DNA of 64,000 nt from Candidatus Bathyarchaeia archaeon (GCA_038883775.1 JAVZLM010000006.1:64001-128000); one strand, 5' to 3'; counted from the stretch's first letter, positions 48,680-58,440 are shown. The notes: generated by a model not told the origin, from the sequence alone. Numbers and translations are program-made.

Positions 48680-49390
48680 TTATTGGGCTTCTGTTTCCTT
48701 CTTTTTTAGAATGTTTTCCATTTCTTTCTTCACATTATATTTGAATGGGATTTTGCTTGTATCCCTCTCCAGATAACCTCCTTCGTAAAGTTTCTTCATC
48801 AACCGCGCTGTGTGCTCTCGGCTGAGTTTGATTCGCTCTTTTATTTCTGGTGCGGTTTTAGGGCCTTCAGAAGCCAACATTTCCAGAACCGCCAATTCTG
48901 TTTCTGTGAGGGGGGCTAGGGCTTTTTCTCTTTTTATGGGTATTGCCGCCTCAATTTTTGCCTCGGGAACAATAGAAAGCCGCCGACTTTGCTCTTCAAC
49001 TTCCGAAACCTTTAAATTTAACTTTTCAAATGCCGCAGAAAGATCACTTACTTTTTCATCAACTTCAACAAATCTTTTTGAAATTTCCTCTTTGTGCTCC
49101 AGAACTTTACTTACCTTTTCCTCTAAAGACTGAACCCTCTTATGAGTTTCTTCTGCCTTGTTTAGTGCTCTTTCACTTTTTGTGGAAATGGCTTCAACTT
49201 TATAAATCACACGCTCCGTCCTTTCGGCTTCCTGCTTTAACTCTCTATTAAAACTCACCAAAATGTCGCCGATGATTTCTCTTGCCTTTTCATATTCTCT
49301 CCGCACCTTTTGCAACTGCCTGTAATACTCGACAGCAGCCCAGACGGTTATGACAAGCAAACTTCCAAAAAGAATCAAGAGCGCATCCAT
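48680..49390 (-). CDS. Membrane-anchored coiled-coil protein with C-terminal winged HTH
   Basis: N-terminal TM (residues 3-22), about 115-aa coiled coil, LTETELAVLEML...TAPEIK...SREHTARLMKKLYEGGYLER wHTH. Confidence 0.85.
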   Translation of the reverse strand: MDALLILFGSLLVITVWAAVEYYRQLQKVRREYEKAREIIGDILVSFNRELKQEAERTERVIYKVEAISTKSERALNKAEETHKRVQSLEEKVSKVLEHKEEISKRFVEVDEKVSDLSAAFEKLNLKVSEVEEQSRRLSIVPEAKIEAAIPIKREKALAPLTETELAVLEMLASEGPKTAPEIKERIKLSREHTARLMKKLYEGGYLERDTSKIPFKYNVKKEMENILKKKETEAQ

Positions 49391-49405
49391 ATAGAGTACC
49401 CCACT

Positions 49406-49680
49406 TGTGATTTATATGTGATTACGCCCAATTCAGACATGTTACATCACACATCACAGTTTTAACATAGAAGATTTAAAGATTACGGTAAAAAGGAAGC
49501 TGTGAAAGTTTCGATGACATCACACATCACAGCTAATAGAGACAAATGCTTGCAATCACAAAAATGCACTAAAAGGTCAGCTTTTTTGGTTTTTTGCTTT
49601 TTGCGCCTTAATTTGCACTTCAAATTAGCATAGCTGATTAAAGGTATTTCTCCTTTCTTGTATGTGACTTGTGATGTCAC
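49406..49680. repeat. TGTGAT / ACATCAC repeat array
   Basis: TGTGAT at 49406, 49417, 49670; ATCACA at 49446, 49453, 49519, 49526, 49555; TGTGAA 49501; TGTGAC 49663; exact 16-mer ACATCACACATCACAG at 49444 and 49517. Confidence 0.85.
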
Positions 49681-50156
49681 GTAAAGCCCTCGGTGGGATT
49701 TGAAAGCTTTTTTAGGCTTGTTTCAAGCTCTTCTCTAACCATTTTGATGAGTTTTAAATGTTCATCAAGTTCGCTGTCCTTGTTTGGTATATCCTTGTAT
49801 GCTTCCATGAACTCGTGTAATTTATTTGCTATTTCGAGATAGGGGTCAAGTGTCGTGTCTTCAAACACTCCCAAGTATCCTAAGAGCAATACTGTGTAAA
49901 TTGATTTTATGACGTTTTCTTTTGCCTGTTTTAAAGTTCTGTTGAAGGCTCCGCGGCTTATTTTTGCCTTTGATAGTCTTAATCTGGCTTTTTCGTCGTA
50001 TTTTAGTTGTTTTTCTGAAAAATTTTCAGCCAATATGTCAATAAGTAACGTTTCAAGCTGAATTTTTGTTAAATGACTATTTTTAGCGAGCATTTTCACA
50101 ATAGGGTCGTTTAATGCGTTTGTTAACCAGGCTTGGATGTTTTCTTTAAGCTTCAC
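49677..50156 (-). CDS. Hypothetical HTH-like protein
   Basis: SHLT-IQLE...ISRGAFNRTLKQAKEN resembles a sigma-region-4 / HTH_10-type recognition helix. Confidence 0.75.
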   Translation of the reverse strand: MKLKENIQAWLTNALNDPIVKMLAKNSHLTKIQLETLLIDILAENFSEKQLKYDEKARLRLSKAKISRGAFNRTLKQAKENVIKSIYTVLLLGYLGVFEDTTLDPYLEIANKLHEFMEAYKDIPNKDSELDEHLKLIKMVREELETSLKKLSNPTEGFT

Positions 50157-50285
50157 ACTTTTCTCTCCACAAACTTGCTGGATGGATACACTTTTGTATA
50201 CAGGACTATTTTAAATTATTGAGTGCTATGATGAAAAGCATGCTTTGCTAACACAAACATTTTATGTTAAAGAAAACAGTGTAAG

Positions 50286-51470
50286 ATGAGGGTCCCTTTG
50301 GATTCGGACTTTAAGCCCGCAGATCGCCTAAAAGGCATAAAATATTCTGGAATACGCCGCTTTTTCGATATAGCTCAAAAAACGCCGAATGTTATCAATT
50401 TAAGCGTCGGAGAACCCGATTTTGTGCCGCCGAAACATGCTTTGGAGGCTGGATGGCAAGCCATGAAAGAAGGTAAAACCCATTATACACCAACTAATGG
50501 CATTCCTGAACTTAGAGAGGCTTTAGCACAGAAAGCCTACCAAGACTATGGCCTCCACTACGATCCAAACGCTGAAATCCTTGTTACCGCCGGCGGGACT
50601 GAAGCTATTTTCTTAGCCATTGCTGGATTAGTGAATCCCGGCGATGAAGTGCTTATTCCAAATCCTGGATTTGTTTGTTATGAACCAAGTGTTCTTTTGG
50701 CAGGCGGTGTTCCTGTTTCTGTTCCTTTGCGGGAGGAAAATTCATTCAAACCTTCTGTTGAGGATGTGATATCGCGTATCACGAAAAAGTCACGTGTGAT
50801 GATACTTAACTATCCTAACAATCCCACAGGTGCCGTTCTTTCCCATGATGAGGCAGCTTCTTTAGCAAAAGTTGCTGTAGAACATGATGTGATTGTGATT
50901 TCAGATGAGGTTTATGAAAAAATAGTTTACGATGACGCTAAACACTGTTGTTTTGCGGCTTTCCCAGGAATGTGGGAGCGCACCCTAGTGATTAATTCTT
51001 TCTCTAAAACTTATGCCATGACTGGTTTGCGTGTTGGATGCATTTATGGACCCAAAGAGCTTATGTCTTTTCTTTGGCTTGTCCACCAGTATACGGTTGC
51101 CTGCGTAGATAGTCTTGCACAGCATATTGCCTTAGCAGCATTGAAAGGGCCACAAGATTTTGTTAAGAATATGGTGTGCGAGTTTGACAGGCGAAGGCAC
51201 TTGGTTCATAAAAGGCTTATGGAAATTGAGGGTTTTAATTGTAGCCTCCCAAAAGGCGCTTTCTATATGTTCCCAGACATAAAAGCTTTTGGCATGCGTT
51301 CAGAGGAGTTTGCTGAGTTCCTTGTGAGAGAGGCGGGAGTTGTGACCGTTCCAGGGTCTGCTTTCGGCGTTCAGGGTGAAGGTCACATAAGAATGTCTTA
51401 TGCTGCGACTTACGAAAAATTGGAAGAGGCATTAAACCGCATAGAAAGGGCTGTTAAAAAGATTAGGTAA
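50286..51470 (+). CDS. Class I/II PLP aminotransferase (aspartate aminotransferase-like)
   Basis: GEPDF, NYPNNPTG, SDEVYE, SFSKTYAMTGLRVG. Confidence 0.93.
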   Translation: MRVPLDSDFKPADRLKGIKYSGIRRFFDIAQKTPNVINLSVGEPDFVPPKHALEAGWQAMKEGKTHYTPTNGIPELREALAQKAYQDYGLHYDPNAEILVTAGGTEAIFLAIAGLVNPGDEVLIPNPGFVCYEPSVLLAGGVPVSVPLREENSFKPSVEDVISRITKKSRVMILNYPNNPTGAVLSHDEAASLAKVAVEHDVIVISDEVYEKIVYDDAKHCCFAAFPGMWERTLVINSFSKTYAMTGLRVGCIYGPKELMSFLWLVHQYTVACVDSLAQHIALAALKGPQDFVKNMVCEFDRRRHLVHKRLMEIEGFNCSLPKGAFYMFPDIKAFGMRSEEFAEFLVREAGVVTVPGSAFGVQGEGHIRMSYAATYEKLEEALNRIERAVKKIR

Positions 51471-51476
51471 GTTATT

Positions 51477-52310
51477 TTATAACTCCTCTGCACGCCTTTT
51501 AAGTTCGTCGAAGAGTTCTGGGCGCAAATCCCTTAATGTAGGAACGAAAGTTTCCACAGGCTTTATGTCCGCATAATCCACATCACACATCACAAGGTCC
51601 TCTTCGTCATATTTTGCTTGAGCTAAAACTTTTCCATTAGGCCCCACAAGTCGACTTCCTCCCCAAAACTGTAAACCGTCTTCTATGCCTACAAGGTTAA
51701 CATAAGCCAAAAAAGCCGTGTTTTCTATAGCCCTTGCTATGGTTAATGTCTCAAAAAATTTTTTTCTAATTGCTGGGGATGCAGAAATGCAAACTATTAA
51801 TTGTGCCCCTTTAAGCCGTGTTAGGCGGCTTACTTCTGGGAAAAATATGTCATAACATATGATTAAGCCTATTTTTCCAATTTTTGTTTCAAAAACTGCT
51901 GTGCTATATCCTGCGCGGAAATATCTTTTTTCTTCAAAAACGCTGTGAGTTGGGAGATATATTTTTCGGTATTTTCCTATGAAGCCTTCTGGGCCTATGA
52001 GAACTGCTGTGTTATAAAGGGTTGCTTTAGTTTTTTCGCTTAATTCTGGCATGCCAAAAATAATATGAGCATTTGTTTTTCTGGCTATGTTCTCTAAAGC
52101 TTTGACTGAAGGGCCTGGTATTGTTTCTGCTAACTCATATAGTTCGTCTCTGACCGTATAGCCTGTCAGTGAAAGTTCTGGAAAAATTACGAGATTTGCG
52201 TCTTGTTTCTTGGCTTTATTTACAAATTTTTCCATTTTCTTTATGTTTGCCTTTTTGTCTCCACGTTTGCAACTGATTTGCGCCAATGCTATCTTAATTT
52301 TATTTTCCAT
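51477..52310 (-). CDS. Carbon-nitrogen hydrolase (nitrilase family), probable glutaminase partner of NadE
   Basis: FPELSLTGY (Glu), YRKIYLP (Lys), ICYD (Cys) catalytic triad. Confidence 0.9.
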   Translation of the reverse strand: MENKIKIALAQISCKRGDKKANIKKMEKFVNKAKKQDANLVIFPELSLTGYTVRDELYELAETIPGPSVKALENIARKTNAHIIFGMPELSEKTKATLYNTAVLIGPEGFIGKYRKIYLPTHSVFEEKRYFRAGYSTAVFETKIGKIGLIICYDIFFPEVSRLTRLKGAQLIVCISASPAIRKKFFETLTIARAIENTAFLAYVNLVGIEDGLQFWGGSRLVGPNGKVLAQAKYDEEDLVMCDVDYADIKPVETFVPTLRDLRPELFDELKRRAEEL

Positions 52311-52328
52311 TTTTATTACGCCCCATTA

Positions 52329-53168
52329 TCAGTAACTTCGGGGAAGTCTGAAATCCGCTCCCACAGTGCGATACTCAAGCTTAGTTGTTAATAACATTCT
52401 CCTTTTATGTTCCGTGGAAAGCCACCGATTTTTTATTCTATCCACAAGATTCTTTTCTACACCCAATTGTTGGGCTATGTCTTTTGTTTCCATAAAATGT
52501 TCAAGTCCGTAAAGGATAAGGTCTAAAAGGTCATATTTTATGCCAAGTTCCGTTTCTGCCAGCTGTCCAGGCCATAGGGCGGGGGATGGTGGTTTTGTCA
52601 AGATTTCTTTTGGAATCCCTATGTGTTGTGCGAGTTTTCGAACTTGTGTTTTGTATAAGTCCATTATTGGCGATATGTCGGCGGCCACGTCGCCCCATTT
52701 TGTGAAGTAACCCATCATGGTTTCTGATTTGTCTGAGCTTCCGCAAACGAGCATATTGTGCCTATTGGCGAAGTAATAAAGGTAAATCATTCGGGTTCTC
52801 GCCTTTATATTGCCCTTACACACTTTATCGTTTGGGTCAAAATTTGGTATTGACTTATATAGTGTTTCCAAAGTGGGGGTAATATCTATCATTTTTGTTT
52901 TGAACCCAAACTTTTCAGCCACAAGTTTCGCGTGTTCAACATCCTTTTTGCTGTAGGTTTCCTTTTCTGGTAATATGAGCCCTAAAACTTTTTCGCCGCC
53001 AATGGCTAGAGTAGAAAGAGCAGCTACTGTGGAGCTGTCTAGACCTCCAGATAATCCTAAAACTACGCCCTTCACTTTGGATTTTTCCACATAATCTCTT
53101 ATGAAACGCCTTATTTTCATCTCTACTTCTTGAAAGTCCAAATCTAGAACTGAAGGTTTTAATTCCAA
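52329..53168 (-). CDS. nadE: NAD+ synthetase
   Basis: GLSGGLDS, GNIKAR-RM, GYFTKWGD, KPPSPALW-GQ-E, HKR. Confidence 0.95.
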   Translation of the reverse strand: MELKPSVLDLDFQEVEMKIRRFIRDYVEKSKVKGVVLGLSGGLDSSTVAALSTLAIGGEKVLGLILPEKETYSKKDVEHAKLVAEKFGFKTKMIDITPTLETLYKSIPNFDPNDKVCKGNIKARTRMIYLYYFANRHNMLVCGSSDKSETMMGYFTKWGDVAADISPIMDLYKTQVRKLAQHIGIPKEILTKPPSPALWPGQLAETELGIKYDLLDLILYGLEHFMETKDIAQQLGVEKNLVDRIKNRWLSTEHKRRMLLTTKLEYRTVGADFRLPRSY

Positions 53169-53267
53169 ATAGGTGCATCCTCATTATTTTTGTGGTTATA
53201 AGCGTATTTAAGGACAAAAATAAAATAGTGGAGTGATGTAAGCTTTACGGTATAGAAGGATTGGAGT

Positions 53268-53534
53268 ATGGGGCGAAGAAGGAGGAAAGTTGTTCGTATT
53301 CCTAAGAAACGTTTGCCTAAATTCTTCTCTTGCCCAAGATGTGGAAAGGAAGCGGTAAGGGTTGAAATTCTTCGTGAGGAAGGGCGTGCAATTGTTGGTT
53401 GTGGAAGTTGTGGTTTAAAGGAAGAGTTTAATGTTAAACCAGCGCAAAGTGAGGTTGATGTTTACTGCCTGTTTACAGACAAACTTTATGGAGGTTCTAA
53501 GAAAGGCGTAACCCCTCAAGTTCAAGGATTTTAA
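53268..53534 (+). CDS. elf1: Transcription elongation factor Elf1
   Basis: MGRRRRK...F-CPRCG...CGSCG...VDVYC-F-D. Confidence 0.9.
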   Translation: MGRRRRKVVRIPKKRLPKFFSCPRCGKEAVRVEILREEGRAIVGCGSCGLKEEFNVKPAQSEVDVYCLFTDKLYGGSKKGVTPQVQGF

Positions 53535-53549
53535 GGATGAGTGGTCTCA

Positions 53550-54302
53550 ATGGTAGGACGTGTTGAGAAATATCTTCTTGAAAAAATCGAGGCGGAAGGT
53601 GCAATTCACATAACCCTTATAGACCCTGAAAAGGTCACCCCGCCTCAAGCTTCTAGAATTGTTACTAAGGCAACTTTAAGTGGGACATCAGCTATAATGG
53701 TTGGTGGCTCCACGTTCGTTTCTACAACCCATCTGGACAGTATTGTTAAGGCGGTTAAACGCACCGTAAAGATTCCAGTAATCCTTTTCCCTAACAATAT
53801 CACTGGAATAAGCCGCCATGCAGACGCCATATGGTTCATGTCACTATTAAATTCTGTTGACCCCTACTTCTTGATAGGCGCCCAAGTTTTAGGTGCCCCC
53901 CTCGTTAAGAAATACCATTTAGAACCTATCCCAATGGGCTACATCATTATTGGCGATGGCGGAACCGCTGGCATTGTTGGAAAAGCCGTTCCAGTTCCAT
54001 ACAACAAATACGAGCTTGCTGCAGCGCATGCCTTAGCAGGGCAATATTTAGGCATGCGCTTCATATATTTAGAGGCGGGGTCTGGCGCTAAAAAGCCTGT
54101 TCCCCCAGAAATGATTCGAGTTGTTAAAAGTTACGTTGATGTTCCCTTGATTGTTGGAGGAGGCATAAAAACAAGAGAACAAGCTTTGGCAGCTGCATCT
54201 GCAGGGGCAAACATTATAGTGACTGGTAATATTGTTGAGAATACCGAGGTTAAAGAGAAAGTGTCTGAAATTATTGAAGGTATAAAAGGACATAGGTCGT
54301 AA
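53550..54302 (+). CDS. Geranylgeranylglyceryl phosphate synthase (group II)
   Basis: LIDPEK, MVGGS, PVILFP, FMSLLNS, YLEAGSGA, VGGGI, VTGN. Confidence 0.93.
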   Translation: MVGRVEKYLLEKIEAEGAIHITLIDPEKVTPPQASRIVTKATLSGTSAIMVGGSTFVSTTHLDSIVKAVKRTVKIPVILFPNNITGISRHADAIWFMSLLNSVDPYFLIGAQVLGAPLVKKYHLEPIPMGYIIIGDGGTAGIVGKAVPVPYNKYELAAAHALAGQYLGMRFIYLEAGSGAKKPVPPEMIRVVKSYVDVPLIVGGGIKTREQALAAASAGANIIVTGNIVENTEVKEKVSEIIEGIKGHRS

Positions 54303-54308
54303 AAGCCT

Positions 54309-54620
54309 TTGACATCCTTTGAAAACTATTTTAACGCTTTAAAGAAGATTTTAGGAAATGAGAATGCTTATGAAATTTGGCCGAATTTTGAGCCCCAGTA
54401 CGATGAGCATGAATATGCGTGGACCGCGCTGAGAGGTTTAGGCGAAGTATTGCTACTGAATTGTGGAGTTTGTGATGGCCCATCTGATTTGCGTCACATG
54501 AACTGTAAAGAATGCGTTGAAAAACGAAGCAAAATTGCAAAGAATGCTTATGAAAAAGCCACTGGACGTTCTAAAGAAAAGTGGGCTACTATATTTTTGT
54601 GTAGAATTCACACGGAATAA
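54309..54620 (+). CDS. Cys-rich hypothetical protein
   Basis: CGVCDGPSDL...CKEC, C-terminal CRIH; inside the elf1-GGGPS-polD2 run. Confidence 0.7.
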   Translation: MTSFENYFNALKKILGNENAYEIWPNFEPQYDEHEYAWTALRGLGEVLLLNCGVCDGPSDLRHMNCKECVEKRSKIAKNAYEKATGRSKEKWATIFLCRIHTE

Positions 54621-54719
54621 AAGCGCCTCGCAGCCTTTATTTTTGATTTTTCTGTGTCACAAAACCAAAATAAACTGTTGACAACACAAGAAAGTGCGTG
54701 TTGCGGTATGAACGGTCCC

Positions 54720-57700
54720 ATGAGCGAATCCTATAAGCAATATGTGGAAGCTTTAGAAGACCACCTTCAGCAATTATACATTTTAAGCCAGAAGGCAAGA
54801 GAAGAAGGCTTTGACCCAGCACTAAAACCTGAATGCAAAATTGCCAAGGATTTAGCCGACTTGGTAGAAGGGCTCGTGGGGCCAAAGGGCGTTGCTGAAA
54901 GCATAAGAGAATTAAGCAAGAAACTTTCAAGGGAAGAGTTAGCCTTTAAAATTGCTGAAGAAATTGTCTATGGCAAATTTGGGCACATGGAAGCTGAAGC
55001 AGCAGCCGAACAAGCAGTGCGCACTGCCCTCGCAATTTTAACAGAAGGGCTTACAGCAGCACCTTTACAAGGCGTGGCAAAAGTGAAAATCAAAACAAAT
55101 CATGATAGGACACGTTATCTCGCCGTCTATTTTGCTGGTCCAATACGCTCCGCTGGCGGAACAGATCAAGCCTTAACATTAGTTGTGGCTGATTTTGTGC
55201 GCCGTTTGCTTGGGCTTGATCGTTACAAACCTACGGAAGATGAAATTTCGCGATTTGTTGAGGAGATGAGGCTTTATGAACGTTCTGTGGGTCGTTTTCA
55301 ATATCATGTTTCAGATGATGAGCTTAGGAAGGCGCTCCATTGGCTTCCAGTGGAAGTGACTGGTACAGAATCTAACCCTATTGAAGTTTCTTCTTTCCGT
55401 AATCTTCCACGTATTGAAACTAATCGTGTGCGGGGTGGAGCACTTAGGGTTGTGAATGATGGTGTTGTGGGGAGGGCGTCTAAAGTTTTGGCTATTGTTG
55501 AGAAGCTTGGCATTGGTGGGTGGGATTGGCTAAAGGATTTTCGTAAAAAGTCGGAGAAAAAATCTGCAGGGTTTATGGATGAAGTAATTGCTGGACGCCC
55601 AATCTTCTCGTTTCCATCCACCCGCGGCGGCTTTCGTCTCAGGTATGGAAGAGCACGCAATACTGGTTTGGCTGCTGTTGGAGTACATCCGGCGACTATG
55701 CTTGTGCTTCAAGGATTTCTGGCTGCTGGCACACAACTCCGTTTGGAGCTTCCTGGAAAAGGGGGCATTGCTGTTCCGGTTGACGGCATAGAACCACCCA
55801 TTGTTTTGTTAAAAGATGGGTCAGTTGTTCGTGTGTCTATAGAAAATTTTAATCGTGTGAAAGATGAAATTTCCAAGATTCTTTTTTTGGGCGACCTTCT
55901 GATTAGCTTTGGAGATTTCTTGTATAATAGTAAGTCTCTTGCACCTTCTGGTTATGTGGAGGAGTGGTGGGCTAAAGATTTACAAAAGGCTATTATAGAA
56001 AAGTTTAATGGGAACGTTCAAAGCTTAGCGGAAGCCACTAAAATTCCCTTTGAAAGGCTTAAGGATTTTTTAGAAAATCCCTTCGCCAATAAACCAACAA
56101 TCCAAGAAGCAATCACTCTATCACTAGTGCTAAATGTGCCCCTCCATCCATCTTTCACATTCTTCTGGTCAAATCTTCGCTCGATTGAGGCGCTTGAACA
56201 ACTGCGAAGTTGGCTTCTTAACTCCAAAGTACAGAAAGACGGCGGTCTAGTTTGTGAAATTGTTGGAGATAAGCACGCAAACGTTAAACAAGCTTTGGAG
56301 ACGATATGCTTACCTCACAAAGTTTTGGAAGGCAAAATCGTTATCGAAGGGGTAGATGCACATGTCTTTGCCTTCTCCCTTGGTTACGAATCTACAAATG
56401 CCATAGACTTTTCTTCTGCCAAAACCATTAAGGAGGCGGTCAGCCAACTTGCTGGCGTAGAAATTCGAGAAAAGGCTGCGACGTTTGTTGGAGCCCGTAT
56501 GGGAAGACCCGAAAAGGCAAAAAGGCGTGAGATGAAACCGCTTGTGCATTTTCTTTTTCCAGTAGGTTTAGCTGGCGGAGCTCAGCGGGATATTGTGGAA
56601 GCGGCTGAAAAAGAGCGGGTTTTTGTGGATATTGTTAAGCGTAAATGTCGGGTTTGCGGTACTTCTACTTTTAGGGTTAAATGTCCAAATTGTGGCTCTG
56701 AAACAGTGATTGAAAAAAGCTGTCCTCGATGTGGTAAAGTTTTGAATGGGAACGAGTGTCCCGTCTGTAAGGTGCGCACTAATCCCTATCAAAAACAGCG
56801 CATCAATTTTAGGGAGTTGCTTGAAACTGCTTGTGAGCGTTTAGGTGTGTCTATTCCAAAAATTTTGAAAGGCGTTAAAGGCTTATCTAATGAGAGTAAA
56901 ACTCCTGAAATTATTGAGAAAGGGATTTTGCGGGCTAAGTATGATTTATCAGTTTATAAAGATGGAACGGTGCGCTTTGATGCCACAAATGCTCCTTTAA
57001 CCCACTTTAAACCCTCAGAGATAGGGGGTTCCGTGGAAAGGCTCAAACAGCTCGGTTATAGCCATGATATTTATGGTGCACTGTTAACAGATGCAAACCA
57101 AATATGCGAACTAAAAATTCAAGACGTCATCATCCCCACAAAATGCGCAGAATATTTCGTACGAGTTGCAAACTTTTTGGATGAACTTTTAACGAAAGTC
57201 TACAAGCTTTCACCCTATTATAATGTTAAGCGAATAGAAGACTTGGTTGGGCACCTTGTTGTGGGTTTGGCTCCCCACACTTCTGTAGGCATTCTTGGAC
57301 GTATAATTGGCTTTACAAATCTAAACGTCTGTTATGCTCATCCAATTTGGCATTCAGCCAAACGTAGAGATTGTGACGGTGACGAAGATGCGTTAATGCT
57401 TGCTTTGGACACTTTGCTTAACTTTTCTCGTGAATATTTGCCAGCCCAAATTGGTGGAATAATGGATGCCCCCTTGCTTCTGATTCCAATTGTTAACACT
57501 CAAGAGGTGCAGAGGCAAGCATACGATTTCGACGTTGCTACCGCATATCCTCTAGAATTTTATGAGAGAACACTGGAAAACGTAGACGCCAAGAACGTGA
57601 GCCGCATCATAGACCTCGTTGGTCATCGATTGGGCACTGAAGCACAGTTTGAAGGCTTCCGGTTTACAACTCCAGTTTCCAACATTAATATGGGGAATGC

Positions 57701-58124
57701 TGAAAGCGCATATAAACGGTTCAAAACAATGATTGAGAAGTTAACATGCCAACTTGATCTGGCTGAAAAAATAGAAGCAGTAAATGCAAGAAAAGTGGCT
57801 TTTAAAGTTTTGACAAAACATTTTATGCGTGACATTGCTGGAAACCTACGAGCATTTTCCATGCAAAGATTCAGGTGTAAATCATGTAGCAAACGTTTCA
57901 GACGTTTGCCTTTACGCGGCAAATGCCCCATATGTGGCGGAGAATTAACCTTAACCGTTTACCGTGGTGGAATTGAAAAGTACTTGGAGGCTGCGCAGCA
58001 TTTAGTTAAAAAGTATGGTTTGCCCCAGTATTATTCCCAGAGAATTTTGCTTATGAAAGAGGAAATTGACTCCCTGTTTGTGGGGAAAAAGCCCAAACAA
58101 ATTAGCCTAACGGATTTTGCTTGA
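54720..58124 (+). CDS. polD2: DNA polymerase D large subunit DP2
   Basis: GPIRSAGGT, RVRGGA, GFRLRYGR, RMGRPEK, catalytic RRDCDGDED, zinc fingers, C-terminal PIP box QISLTDF; exact start uncertain (54654-54720). Confidence 0.97.
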   Translation: MSESYKQYVEALEDHLQQLYILSQKAREEGFDPALKPECKIAKDLADLVEGLVGPKGVAESIRELSKKLSREELAFKIAEEIVYGKFGHMEAEAAAEQAVRTALAILTEGLTAAPLQGVAKVKIKTNHDRTRYLAVYFAGPIRSAGGTDQALTLVVADFVRRLLGLDRYKPTEDEISRFVEEMRLYERSVGRFQYHVSDDELRKALHWLPVEVTGTESNPIEVSSFRNLPRIETNRVRGGALRVVNDGVVGRASKVLAIVEKLGIGGWDWLKDFRKKSEKKSAGFMDEVIAGRPIFSFPSTRGGFRLRYGRARNTGLAAVGVHPATMLVLQGFLAAGTQLRLELPGKGGIAVPVDGIEPPIVLLKDGSVVRVSIENFNRVKDEISKILFLGDLLISFGDFLYNSKSLAPSGYVEEWWAKDLQKAIIEKFNGNVQSLAEATKIPFERLKDFLENPFANKPTIQEAITLSLVLNVPLHPSFTFFWSNLRSIEALEQLRSWLLNSKVQKDGGLVCEIVGDKHANVKQALETICLPHKVLEGKIVIEGVDAHVFAFSLGYESTNAIDFSSAKTIKEAVSQLAGVEIREKAATFVGARMGRPEKAKRREMKPLVHFLFPVGLAGGAQRDIVEAAEKERVFVDIVKRKCRVCGTSTFRVKCPNCGSETVIEKSCPRCGKVLNGNECPVCKVRTNPYQKQRINFRELLETACERLGVSIPKILKGVKGLSNESKTPEIIEKGILRAKYDLSVYKDGTVRFDATNAPLTHFKPSEIGGSVERLKQLGYSHDIYGALLTDANQICELKIQDVIIPTKCAEYFVRVANFLDELLTKVYKLSPYYNVKRIEDLVGHLVVGLAPHTSVGILGRIIGFTNLNVCYAHPIWHSAKRRDCDGDEDALMLALDTLLNFSREYLPAQIGGIMDAPLLLIPIVNTQEVQRQAYDFDVATAYPLEFYERTLENVDAKNVSRIIDLVGHRLGTEAQFEGFRFTTPVSNINMGNAESAYKRFKTMIEKLTCQLDLAEKIEAVNARKVAFKVLTKHFMRDIAGNLRAFSMQRFRCKSCSKRFRRLPLRGKCPICGGELTLTVYRGGIEKYLEAAQHLVKKYGLPQYYSQRILLMKEEIDSLFVGKKPKQISLTDFA

Positions 58125-58167
58125 GAAAACTTTTCTACATCAATGACAATAATTGTTTTTGGTGGGT

Positions 58168-58440
58168 ATGTTAAAAGAGGCTTATCACCCTAACGCTTAC
58201 TTGTCAAATATCAAAAATATTAAGCTTGGGCTTCGGACGCGAACCAAAATATTGGGTGTTTTGGATAAAGGCTCAGCAGACACAAAAACAATCGCAAAAG
58301 AAACCGAATTGCATTACAACGTTATAATGCATCATTTAAGGCTTTTGGAAGCTGAGGGAATCGTAGAGCGTAAAGGCAGTAGACCACACACTTGGGCTCT
58401 AACTGGTTTGGGTCAGCGGCGTTTAGTTAACCTTGGCTAA
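58168..58440 (+). CDS. ArsR-like winged-helix protein
   Basis: RTKIL...IAKET...HHLRLLEAEGIV; C-terminal QRRL. Confidence 0.8.
   Translation: MLKEAYHPNAYLSNIKNIKLGLRTRTKILGVLDKGSADTKTIAKETELHYNVIMHHLRLLEAEGIVERKGSRPHTWALTGLGQRRLVNLG

Noticed and set aside
49483-49680. 65-aa ORF across the repeat array
   Set aside because: Its sequence is dictated by the DNA repeats and has no protein-like pattern; the region is better explained as a binding-site array.
49406-49680. Possible CRISPR array
   Set aside because: Repeats are 6-16 bp, in both orientations, with no regular unique spacers, and there are no cas genes.
44135-58124. Inteins in PolD or Cdc6
   Set aside because: Lengths are normal and no intein splice-junction or LAGLIDADG motifs were seen.
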